The position numbers and the translations under genes are program-made. Positions 15,001-27,000 of a DNA stretch of 64,000 nt are shown here, piece after piece (position 1 is the stretch's first letter; every line of letters starts with the position of its first letter). The notes below the pieces were generated by a model. It searched no databases and had not been told where the DNA came from. It saw only the letters and a program-made list of their open reading frames with translations. The stretch is from Longimicrobiales bacterium (GTDB taxonomy: Bacteria; Gemmatimonadota; Gemmatimonadetes; Longimicrobiales; Gaopeijiaceae). The stretch is from NCBI GenBank assembly GCA_965203485.1, contig OZ241892.1, positions 2,976,001 through 3,040,000 of the forward strand. The letters are read 5' to 3'.

Positions 15001-18000
15001 CACCACCACCGGCCGCGCGAACGTCACCTCCACCTCGATCCGCTCCGTCCGACCGTACGTGCTGTCGCTCGACGGCGCGCTCGCGATCGCCACCCCGCTC
15101 GGCGCCGGCCCCGTCAACGTCCCGCCCGCCACCTTGTGGCCAGCGCTGTTGCTCACCGCGTGACTGCCCAGCCCCAGCAAAGCGTCCGTCGTCTCGCCCG
15201 CCACCCGGATCGTCCCGCCGTTCAGCGCCAAAGCGCTCGCGCCGATGCTCAACCCGTCCGCGTCCGCGTCCGCCTGAACCACCACGTACCGGAACTCCAG
15301 CGACGCCGTGCCCGTCCCCGAAGCGTACGACGCCTGCCGCGTGACCGCGCCGATCGTCAGCACCAGCTGCGGCGCGCCCGTCACGTCCACCGCCTTGTTG
15401 AACGTCACCGTCACGGCAACCGTGTCGTCGCGCTCGAACGTGTCGCCCACCACAGGGTCGCCGATCGACACGCCCGTCACCCCCGCCGCGCCCCGGCTCG
15501 CGTCCACCTTGTGCGCCGCCGCGTTCGCGATCGCGTGCACGCCCAAACCCAGCCCAGCCGCCGTGGTCCCGTCGCGGGCGTCGGCGATCGCACCGCCGTT
15601 CAGCGCCAGTGCGCTTGCGCCGATGCCGATCCCGTTGGAATCCGCGTCCGCAACCGCCACCGCGTAGCGGAACGTCAGCGCCGCAGTGCCCGTCCCGGAC
15701 GTGTAGCTCGCCTGGCGCGTCGCGGCGCCGATCGTCAGCGCCAGCTGCGGCGTCCCCGTCACGCTCACCCGGCGGTTGAACGTCGCCTGCACCTCGATCT
15801 GCTCGCCTAGACCGTACGTGCTGTCGGCGGCCGGGCTGCTCGTGATCGACACGCCGCTGACCGCCGCCGCCGTGAACGTCCCGCCCGCCACCTTGTGGCC
15901 CGAGCTGTTCGACACCGCGTGAGAGCCCAGGCCCAGTGCGGCGTCCGTGGTGTCGCCCGACGCGTCGATCGTGCCGCCGGCCAGGTGAAGCGCGCTGGCC
16001 GCGATGCTGAGCCCGTCGGCATCCGCGTCGCCCGACGCCACCACGTAGCGGAACCGCAACGCCGTCGTGCCCGTCCCCGAGGCGTAGGACGCGGTGGGGG
16101 TCTGCGTCCCTATCGTCAGGAAGATCCGCGGCGTCCCCGTCACGTCCACCGCCCTGTTGAACGTCACCGTCACCCAAACGGTGTCGCCCCGCTCGAAGGT
16201 GTCGCCCACCACCGGCGACGCGACGGCCAAGCCGGCCACCCCCGGCGGACCCCGGGCGCTGTCCACCTTGTGGGCCGCCGCGGCGGCGATCGCGTTCGTG
16301 CCCAGGCCTAGGCCGGCCGCCGTGCTCCCGTCCCGGGCGTCGGCGATCGTCCCCCCGTTCAGCGCCAGCGCGCTCGCGCCGATGCCGATCCCGTCGGAGT
16401 CCGCGTCCCCCGCCCCCACCGCGTAGCGGAACGTCAGCGTCGTCGTGCCCGCGCCCGACGCGTAGGATGCTTGGCGCGTCCGAGTCCCAATCGTCAGCGC
16501 CAGCTGCGGCGTCCCCGTAACGCTCACCCGGCGGTTGAACGCCACCTGCACCTCGATCTGCTCGCCGAAGCCGTAGGTGCTGTCGCTGGACGGGCTACTC
16601 GTGATCGACACGCCGCTGACCGCCGCCGCCGTGAACGTCCCGCCCGCCACCTTGTGGCCCGAGCTGTTCGACACCGCTCGGCTGCCCAGACCCAAAAACG
16701 CGTCCGTCGTCTCGCCCGCCACGTCGATCGTCCCGCCGTTCAGCGCCAGCGCCGTCGCGCCGATGCTGATCCCGTCCGCGTCCGCGTCGCCCGACGCCAC
16801 CAGATAGCGGAAGACCAGCGCCGACGTGCCCGTGCCGGAAGCGTAGGACGCCTGCTTCGTCGCCGCGCCAATCGTCAGCGCCAGCTGCGGCGTCCCCGTC
16901 ACATCCACCGCCTTGTTGAACGTCACCGTCACGACGATCGTGTCGCCCCGCTCGAAGGCGTCGCCCACCGGCGGCGAGCTGATCGCCAGCCCCGTCACGC
17001 CCGCCGCGCCCTGGCTGCCGTCCACCTTGTGGGCCGCGGCGTTCGTGATCACGTGCGTGCCCAAGCCGTTGCTCGTCGCCGTCGTCCCGTCCCGCGCATC
17101 CGAGATCGTCGCGCCCGACAGCGTCAGCGCGCGCGCAGGCAGGCCGATCCCGTCGGAATCCGAGTCCGACGCCTGCACCGCGTAGCGGAACGTCAGCGTC
17201 TTCGTGCCCGTGCCCGACGCGTAGGCCGCGTAGGGAGTCTGCGTTCCGATGTTCACCGCAAGCTTGAGGAGGTGGGTGCCCGACACCACCACCGGCCGCG
17301 TGTACGTCACCTGCACTTCGATCACGTCGCCCAACCCGTAGGTGCTGTCGTTGCCCGGAGGACTGCTCGTGATCGCGACGCTCGCCACCGACGCCGTCGT
17401 GAAGGTGGCGCCGGCCACCTTGTGGCCCGAGCTGTTCGACACCGCGTGGGCGCCCAGGCCCAGCGCCGCGTCCGTCGTCCCGCCCGCCTCGTCGATCGTG
17501 CCGCCGTTCAGCGCCAGCGCCCCCGCCCCGATGCTGAGCCCGTCCGCGTCCACATCGCCCGACGCGACCACGTAGCGGAAGACGAGCGCCGTCGTCCCGG
17601 TCCCGCTGGCGTAAGAGGCCTGCTTCGTCGCCGTCCCGATCGTCAGCGCGAGCTGCGGCGTCCCCGTCACGTCAACCGCCTGGTCGAACGTCACCGTCAC
17701 GGAAATCGTGTCGTACCGCTCGAAGGCGTCGCCCACGACCGGCGATCCGACGGCCACGTCCGCCACTCCCGGCGGACCCTGGGAGCCGTCCACCTTGTGG
17801 GCCGCGGCGGCGGCGATCGCGTTCGAGCCCAAGCCCAGCGTCGCTGCGGCGCCCACGCTGCTCCGAATCGTTCCGCCGTTCAGCGCCAGCGCGCTCGCGC
17901 CGACGGCGATCCCGTCCGAGTCCGAGTCCGCCGCCGTCACCACGTAGCGGAACGTCAGCGCCGTGGTGCCGCTCCCGGCGGCGTAGGCGGCCTGGCGGGT

Positions 18001-21000
18001 CTGGGCACCGATCGCCAGCGCCAGCTGCGGCGCGCCGGTCGCCGTCACGGGAACGTTGAACCCGACCTCCACCACGATCGCGTCGTGGGCGAAGTACGTG
18101 CTGTCGGCACCGGCGTCGCTGCGGATCGTCACGGCGCGCACGGTGGGCGTCGTTGCCGAGGAGCCGTCCACTTTGTGGTCCTGGGAGTTCGAGAACGCGT
18201 TCAGGAAGAGGCTGAGGTTCGCGTTCGTCCCGGCGGCGCTGCGGATCGTGCCGCCGTTGAGCGTCAGGGCCGTGGGGCCGACGCCGATCCCGTTCGAGTC
18301 CGAGTCCGCCGTCTGCACCACGTAGTCGAAGGCGAGCGCCGCGGTCCCGCTCCCGCTCGCGTAGCCGGCCTGGCGGGTCGCGTTCCCGACCGTCAGCGCC
18401 AGCTGCGGGGTTCCGGTCACCGTCACCGGTATCTGGAAGACGACCGAGACCGTGATCTTCTCGCCTCCGCCGTAGGTGTCGCCGCTGGCCGGCGCGCTGG
18501 AGATCGACATCGAGCTCACGAGCGGGGCCGTCGCGGCGCCGTTCACCTTGTGGCCCGAGGCGTTCGCGATGGCGTGGCTGCCCAGCGCCAGCGTGGCGTT
18601 GGTGCCCGACCCGCTCCGGATCGTGCCGCCGTTCAGCGTCAAGGCGCCGGCGCCCACGCTGATGCCGTCGTCGTCCCGGTCCGTCGCCAGCGTCACGTAG
18701 TCGAAGACCAGCGCCGTCGTCCCGCTCCCGCTGGCGTAGGCCACCTGCCGGGTCGCGCTGCCCACCGCGACCGCGAGCTGCGGGGCGCCGGTCACCGTCA
18801 CCGGAATGCTGAACCCGACGCGCACCGAGATCGTCTCGCCCGCGCCGTAGGTGTCGCCGCCGGCCGGCGAGCTGGAGACCGAAGCGCTGGTCACCACCGG
18901 GACCGTCGACGTTCCGTCCACCTTGTGGGCCGCCGCGTCGGCGATCGCGAACGTCCCCAGGCTCAGCGCCGCGTTGGTGCCGGCCCCGCTCTGAAGCGCG
19001 CCGCCGTTCAGCGTCAGCGAGTTCGCCGCAATGGCGATCCCGTTGCCGTCCACGTCCGTGGCCCGGACGGTGTAGCTGAACGTCAGGGTCTTGGTCCCAG
19101 TCCCGCCCGCGTACGCCGCCTGCCCTGCGCTCGCCCCGATCGTCAGCGCCAGCTGCGGCGTGCCCGTCACCGTCACCGGAATCTGGAACGCGACCTCGAC
19201 CGACACGTCGTCGCCGGCGGCGTACGTGCTGTCGTTCCCGGCGTCGCTGACGATCGCCGCGCCGGTCACGGCCGGCACCGTGGCGGCCCCGTTCACCTTG
19301 TGGGCCGAGGCGTCGGCGACGGCGTAGGAGCCCAGACCGAGCGCGGCGTCGGTGCCCAGCGAGCTCTGGATCGTGCCGCCGTTCAGCTCCAGCGCGTCCG
19401 CCGCCAGCGAGATGCCGTCGGCGTCGGCGTCGGTCGCGTCCACCACGTACTCGAACCGAAGGCTGGTGTTGCCGCTGCCGCTTGCGTAGCCGGCGTGCCG
19501 GGTCGCCGCGCCGATCGTCAGCGCCGCGCGAGGCGTGCCCGTCACCGTCACCGGGAAGTTGAACCCGATCTCGACCGCGATCGTCTCGCCCGCGCCGTAG
19601 CTGTCGCCGCTGGTCGGCGTGCTCGCTATCGAGGCGGCGTTCACGGTCGGCGACGTCGACGTTCCGTCCACCTTGTGGCCGGCCGCGTCCGCGATGGCAT
19701 GGGCCCCCAGCCCGAGCCCGGCTGCAGTTCCCGCGCCGCTCCGGATCGTGCCGCCGTTCAGCCCGAGCGCGCTCGCCCCCACGGCGACCCCGTTCGAGTC
19801 CGAATCCGCCAGAACCACCGTGTAGCGGAACGTCAGCGTCTTCGTGTTCGTGCCCGAGACGTACGCCGCTTGGCGCGTCTGCGCGCCGATCGTCAGCGCC
19901 AGCTGCGGCGCGCCCGTCACCGCCACGGGGACGTCGAAGCCGACGGCCACGGCGATCGCTTCTCCGGCGTAGTAGGTGTCGCCGCTCGCCGGCGCGCTCG
20001 TCACCGCCGCCGACACGACCGCCGGCGTCGTGGCGCTGGCGCCGTTCACCTTGTGGGCCGAAGCGTTGGCTATGGCGTGGCTGCCCAGGCCGAGCGCCGC
20101 CGCCGCGCCCGCCGTGCTGGCAATCGTGCCGCTGTTCAGCCCGAGCGCGCCCGCCCCGACGCTGATCCCGTCCGCGTCCACGTCCGCCGACTGGACCACG
20201 TAGCCGAACGTCAGACCGTCGCCGTCGCCGCCCAGGAGCGCCGCCTGGCGGGTGGCCGCGCCCACGCCCAGGGCCAGCTGCGGGCTTCCGGTCGCGCGCA
20301 CCTCGAGGTTGAAGCCGACCCTCACTTCGATCCGCTCGCCGGCGCCGTAGGTGTCGCCGCTCACCGGCGCGCTCGTCACCGAAACCGATGTCGCCTCGGG
20401 CGTCGTGGCCGTGCTGCCCGAGACCTTGTGGCCCGAGGCGTTGGTCACCGCGTGGGCGCCCAGCTCCAGCGCGGCCGCCGTCCCGATCGTGCTCAGGATC
20501 GTGCCGCCGTTGAGCGAGATGGCGTTCGCCGCGATCGAGATGCCGTCGGCGTCGGCGTCGGACGACAGCGCCGTGTAGTCGAAGTACAGCGACTGGCCCG
20601 AGAGCCGGGCGAACTCGGCCTGCCGCGTCTGCGATCCGACGGCGAGCGCCAGCCGGGGCGCCCCCGTAACCACGATCGGAAGCTGGAACGACACCCTGGC
20701 CGTGATCTTCTCGCCCGCGCCGTAGGTGTCGCCGCTCGCCGGCGCGCTCGTGATCGACACCGCGCTCACCGCCGGCGCCGTCGCCGTGCCGCCCGACACC
20801 TTGTGGCCCGAGGCGTCGGCCACCGCGTGCGCGCCCAGCCCCAAGCCCGCGGCGGCCCCGGCCCCGCTTCGAATCGTCGCGCCGTTCAGCGTCAGCGCGC
20901 TCGCCCCGATGGAGATCCCGTCCGCATCCGCGTCCGCCGCCTGCACCACGTAGCCGAAGTGGAGCGACTGTCCCGACGCGCGGCTCAACGTCGCCTGGCG

Positions 21001-24000
21001 CGTCTGCGCTCCGACGGTCAGCGCCAGCCGCGGGCTGCCGGCAACCGTGACCGGAACCGCCGCGCCGAACCGGACGTGCACGTCGATCCGCTCCCCGCCG
21101 CCGTACGTGTCGCCGCTGGACGGACTGCTCGTGATCTGCACGAAGTCGACGAACGGGGCCGTGGCCGTCGCCCCGTTCACCTTGTGGGCGGCGTTCGCCG
21201 TGAAGGCGCGGGCGCCCAAGGAAAGCTGGGCGGAGGCGCCGCCGGGACCCAATATCGTGCCGCCGCCTAGCGTCAGCGCGGCCGCCGCGACGCCGATCCC
21301 GTCGGCGTCCACGTCCCCGCTCCGCACCGTGTACGCGAACCGGATCGCGCGCTCCCGCACGCGCTCCATGGCCGCCTGCCGCGCGGCGGCGCCGACCGTC
21401 AGCGCCAGCCGGGGCGCCCCCGTGACCGTGAGCACCGCGCTGAACTCCACGTCCACGCGCACGACTTCGCCCGCGCCGTACGTGTCGCCGCTCACCGGCA
21501 CACCCACGAAACGCACCGCCGCCACGACGGGCGCCGACGTCGGAGTCGCCCTCGCCTCCTCGCTCGCGTGCCCCGCCCCCACCGAGTTCTGCGCCCGCAC
21601 CTGGAACTTGTACTCGGTTCCGTTCGACAGCGACGGGACGACGTGGCTCGTCGTGCTGGCGTCGCTTCCCGATATGTCCGTCCAGCGGGAAAACGGCTCG
21701 GTGGCGATCGCATGGCGGAACTGGTAGCCGGTGAGCGTCGTGTCCGACGGGTCCGTCCAGCTCAACGTGACCTGGGCGTTGCCCGGACTCGCCGAGAAGC
21801 CGGTGGGCGCCGCCGGCGTTCCCAGCAGTCCGTCCACCTTGTGGCTGGCGCTGTTGGCAATCGCGTACCGGCCGATCGTCGGAGAAGCGATGCTGAAGCG
21901 CGTGTTCACCCAGCCGGCGGTGAAGTCCAGCGCGTTGGGACCGATGCTGATCCCGTCGCTGTCCACATCGGCCGCCGTGACCGTGTACTGGAAGCGCGCG
22001 CTCGTGAGGCCGGTGCCCGAGTAGGCCGCGTCCCGCGTGGCGGTCCCCACGCCGATCTTCAGCACCGGCGAGCCCGTGACGCGGGGACGGAACGCCGAGA
22101 ACGACACCGTGACTTCGATCGTCTGGCCGGGCCCGTACGTGTCGTCGGAGGTCGGCGAACTCGTGATCCGCACGCCGGTGACCCGGATGTCGCTGGGCCG
22201 GGCAAGGGCGAAGCTCGCGCGTCCCGCCCTGGATCCGGCCACGGCCCGGAGCTCGAAGCGGTAGTCCACCTGGTCCGTCAGCGACGAGACCGTGTGACTG
22301 GTGGTGCTCGCGCCGCTGCTCGCCACGTCCGTCCATGCGGTGAAGCTGCCCGAGCCCGACTGGTTGCGGTGGCGAACCTGGTACTTGGTGATCGTCGTGT
22401 CGCTCGGGTCGGTCCAGCGCAGCTGAACTGCGCCGCTGGCCGTCGGCGTCGCCGTGAGACCGCTGGGCGCCGCCGGCGTCGCGAGGCTGCCGTTCACCTT
22501 GTGCGCCGCGCTGTTCGAGACGGCGTTCGCGCCCAGACCCAGGTCGGCCGCCGTGGCGCCGTCCCGCGCGTCGGCGATTCCGCCGCCGTTCAGCCCCAGC
22601 GCGCCGGCCCCGATGCTGATCCCGTCGGAGTCGCTGTCCGTCGCCGCCACCGCGTAGCGGAACGCCAGCGTCTTCGTCCCCGTGCCGGCAGCGTAGCCGG
22701 CCTGGCGCGTGGCCGCGCCGATCGTCAGCGCCAGCTGCGGCGTCCCCGTCACCGCGACGGAGCGGGCGAACGTCACCTCCACCTCGATCCGGTCGCCCGC
22801 GCCGTAGGTGCTGTCGCTGGCCGGGCTGCTCGTGATCGACACGCCCGTCACCGCCGCCGCCGTGAACGTCGCGCCCGCCACCTTGTGGCCCGAGCTGTTC
22901 GACACCGCGTGAGAGCCCAGCCCGAGCGCCGCGTCCGTCGTCCCGCCCGCCTCGTCGATCGTCCCGCCGTTCAGCCCCAGCGCGCTCGCGCCGATGCTCA
23001 GCCCGTCCGCGTCCGCGTCGCCGCTCGCCACCACGTAGCGGAAGACCAGCGACGCCGTCCCCGTCCCGCTGGCATAACCCGCCTGCCGCGTCGCCGCGCC
23101 GATCGCCAGCGCCAGCTGCGGCGTCCCCGTCACGTCCACCGCCTTGTGGAACGTCACCGTCACGGCAATCGTGTCGCCGCGCTCGAACGTGTCGCCCACC
23201 ACCGGCGACCCCACGGCCACGCCCGTCACCGTCGGCGGACCCCGTGTCCCGTCCACCTTGTGGGCCGCAGCGGCGGCGATTGCGTTCGCGCCCAACCCCA
23301 GGCCGGCCGCCGTCGTCCCGTCCCGGGCGTCGGCAATCGCCCCGCCGTTCAGCCCCAGCGCGCTCGCGCCGATCCCCAGCCCGTCGCTGTCGGCGTCCGC
23401 GGCCACCACGACGTAGGCGAACGACAGCGTGTCCGTGCCCGTGCCCGAAGCGTACTCCGCCTGGCGCGTCGCCGCGCCGATCGCCAGCGCCAGCTGCGGC
23501 GTCCCCGTCACGCTCACGCGACGACTGAACGCCACCTTCACCTCGATCCGCTCGTTCAGGCCGTAGGTGCTGTCGCTTGCCGGGCTACTCGCGATTTCCA
23601 CGCCGCTCACCGCCGCCGCCGTGAACGTGGCGCCCGCCACCTTGTGGCCCGAGCTGTTCGACACCGCTTGCGCGCCCAGCCCCAGAAGCGCGTCCGTCGT
23701 GCCGCCCGCCACGTCGATCGTCCCGCCGTTCAGCCCCAGCGCGCCGGCGCCGATGCTCAGCCCGTCCGCGTCCGCGTCGCCGCTCGCCACCACGTAGCGG
23801 AAGACCAGCGACGCCGTCCCCGTCCCGCTGGCGTAGCCCGCCTGCCGCGTCGCCGAGCCGATCGCCAGCGCCAGCTGCGGCGTCCCCGTCACGTCCACCG
23901 CCTTGTTGAACGTCACCGTCACCGCAACGGTGTCGCCCCGCTCGAAGGTGTCGCCCACCACCGGCGACCCCACGGCCACGCCCGTCACCCCCGGCGGCCC

Positions 24001-27000
24001 CCGAGCGCCGTTCACCTTGTGCGCCGCGCTGTTCGCGATCGCGTTCGCGCCCAGGCCCAGGCTCGCCGCCGTCGCCCCGTCCCGGGCGTCGGCGATCGCC
24101 CCGCCGTTCAGCGCCAGCGCGCTCGCGCCGATGCTGAGCCCGTCCGCGTCGATGTCCGCAGCCGCCACCGCGTAGGCGAACGCCAGCGTCTTCGTCCCCG
24201 TCCCGCTGGCGTAGTCCGCCTGGCGCGTCGCCGAGCCGATCGTCAGCGCCAGCTGCGGCGTTCCCGTCACCGCGACGGGCCGGGCAAAGGTCACCTCGAC
24301 TTCGATCTGCTCGCCCAGGACGTAGGTGCTGTCGCCGACCGGACTGCTCGTGATCGTCACGCCGCTCGCCGCCGCCGCCGTGAACGTCGCGCCCGCCACC
24401 TTGTGGCCCGAGCTGTTCGAGACCGCAAGAGAGCCCAGTCCCAGCACGGCGTCCGTCGTCCCGCCCGCCTCGTCGATCGTCCCGCCGTTCAGTCCCAGCG
24501 CGCTCGCGCCGATGCTCAGCCCGTCCGCGTCCGCGTCGCCGCTCGCCACCACGTAGCGGAAGACCAGCGACGCCGTCCCCGTCCCGCTGGCGTAATCCGC
24601 CTGCCGCGTCGCCGAGCCGATCGCCAGCGCCAGCTGCGGCGTCCCCGTCACGTCCACCGCCTTGTTGAACGTCACCGTCACGGCAATCGTGTCGCCCCGC
24701 TCGAACGTGTCGCCCACCACCGGCGACCCCACGGCCACGCCCGTCACCGTCGGCGGACCCCGCGTCCCGTCCACCTTGTGGGCCGCGGCGGCGGTGATTG
24801 CGTTCGCGCCCAGGCCCAGGCCGGCCGCCGTCGCCCCGTCCCGGGCGTCGGCGATCGCCCCGCCGTTCAGCCCCAGCGCGCTCGCGCCGATCCCGAGCCC
24901 GTCGCTGTCGGCGTCCGCGGCCACCACGACGTAGGCAAACGACAGCGTGTCCGTACCCGTGCCGGCAGCGTAGCCGGCCTGGCGCGTGGCCGCGCCGATC
25001 GTCAGCGCCAGCTGCGGCGTCCCCGTCACGCTCACGCGACGGCTGAACGCCACCTTCACCTCGATCCGCTCGTTCAGGCCGTAGGTGCTGTCGCTTGCCG
25101 GGCTGCTCGCGATCGCCACGCCGGTCACCGCCGCAGCCGTGAACGTCGCGCCCGCCACCTTGTGGCCCGAGCTGTTCGACACCGCGTGAGAACCCAGCCC
25201 GAGCGCCGCGTCCGTCGTCCCGCCCGCCTCGTCGATCGTCCCGCCGTTCAGCCCCAGCGCGCTCGCGCCGATGCTCAGCCCGTCCGCGTCCGCGTCGCCG
25301 CTCGCCACCACGTAGCGGAAGACCAGCGACGCCGTCCCCGTCCCGCTGGCGTAACCCGCCTGCCGCGTCGCCGCGCCGATCGCCAGCGCCAGCTGCGGCG
25401 TCCCCGTCACGTCCACCGCCTTGTGGAACGTCACCGTCACGGCAATCGTGTCGCCCCGCTCGAAGATGGCGCCCACCACCGGCGACCCCACGGCCACGCC
25501 CGTCACCGTCGGCGGACCCCGCGTCCCGTCCACCTTGTGGGCCGCCGCGGCGGCGATTGCGTTCGCGCCCAACCCCAGGCCGGCCGCCGTCGTCCCGTCC
25601 CGGGCGTCGGCAATCGCCCCGCCGTTCAGCCCCAGCGCGCTCGCGCCGATCCCCAGCCCGTCGCTGTCGGCGTCCGCGGCCACCACGACGTAGGCGAACG
25701 ACAGCGTGTCCGTGCCCGTGCCCGAAGCGTACTCCGCCTGGCGCGTCGCCGCGCCGATCGCCAGCGCCAGCTGCGGCGTCCCCGTCACGCTCACGCGACG
25801 ACTGAACGCCACCTTCACTTCGATCCGCTCGTTCAGGCCGTAGGTGCTGTCGCTTGCCGGGCTGCTCGCGATTGCCACGCCGCTCACCGCCGCCGCCGTG
25901 AACGTGGCGCCCGCCACCTTGTGGCCCGAGCTGTTCGACACCGCCTGCGCGCCCAGCCCCAGAAGCGCGTCCGTCGTGCCGCCCGCCACGTCGATCGTCC
26001 CGCCGTTCAGCGCCAGCGCGCCGACGCCGATGCTCAGCCCGTCCGCGTCCGCGTCGCCGCTCGCCACCACGTAGCGGAAGACCAGCGACGCCGTCCCCGT
26101 CCCGCTGGCGTAGCCCGCCTGCCGCGTCGCCGAGCCGATCGCCAGCGCCAGCTGCGGCGTCCCCGTCACGTCCACCGCCTTGTTGAACGTCACCGTCACC
26201 GCAACGGTGTCGCCCCGCTCGAAGGTGTCGCCCACCACCGGCGACCCCACGGCCACGCCCGTCACCCCCGGCGGCCCCCGAGCGCCGTTCACCTTGTGCG
26301 CCGCGCTGTTCGCGATCGCGTTCGCGCCCAGGCCCAGGCTCGCCGCCGTCGCCCCGTCCCGGGCGTCGGCGACCGCCCCGCCGTTCAGCGCCAGCGCGCT
26401 CGCGCCGATGCTGAGCCCGTCCGCGTCGATGTCCGCAACCGCCACCGCGTAGGCGAACGCCAGCGTCTTCGTCCCCGTCCCGCTGGCGTAGTCCGCCTGG
26501 CGCGTCGCCGAGCCGATCGTCAGCGCCAGCTGCGGCGTTCCCGTCACCGCGACGGGCCGGGCAAAGGTCACCTCGACTTCGATCTGCTCGCCCAGGACGT
26601 AGGTGCTGTCGCCGGCCGGACTGCTCGTGATCGTCACGCCGCTCGCCGCCGCCGCCGTGAACGTCGCGCCCGCCACCTTGTGGCCCGAGCTGTTCGAGAC
26701 CGCAAGAGAGCCCAGTCCCAGCACGGCGTCCGTCGTCCCGCCCGCCTCGTCGATCGTCCCGCCGTTCAGTCCCAGCGCGCTCGCGCCGATGCTCAGCCCG
26801 TCCGCGTCCGCGTCGCCGCTCGCCACCACGTAGCGGAAGACCAGCGACGCCGTCCCCGTCCCGCTGGCGTAATCCGCCTGCCGCGTCGCCGAGCCGATCG
26901 CCAGCGCCAGCTGCGGCGTCCCCGTCACGTCCACCGCCTTGTTGAACGTCAGCGTCGCCGCAATCGTGTCGCCCCGCTCGAAGGTGTCGCCCACCACCGG

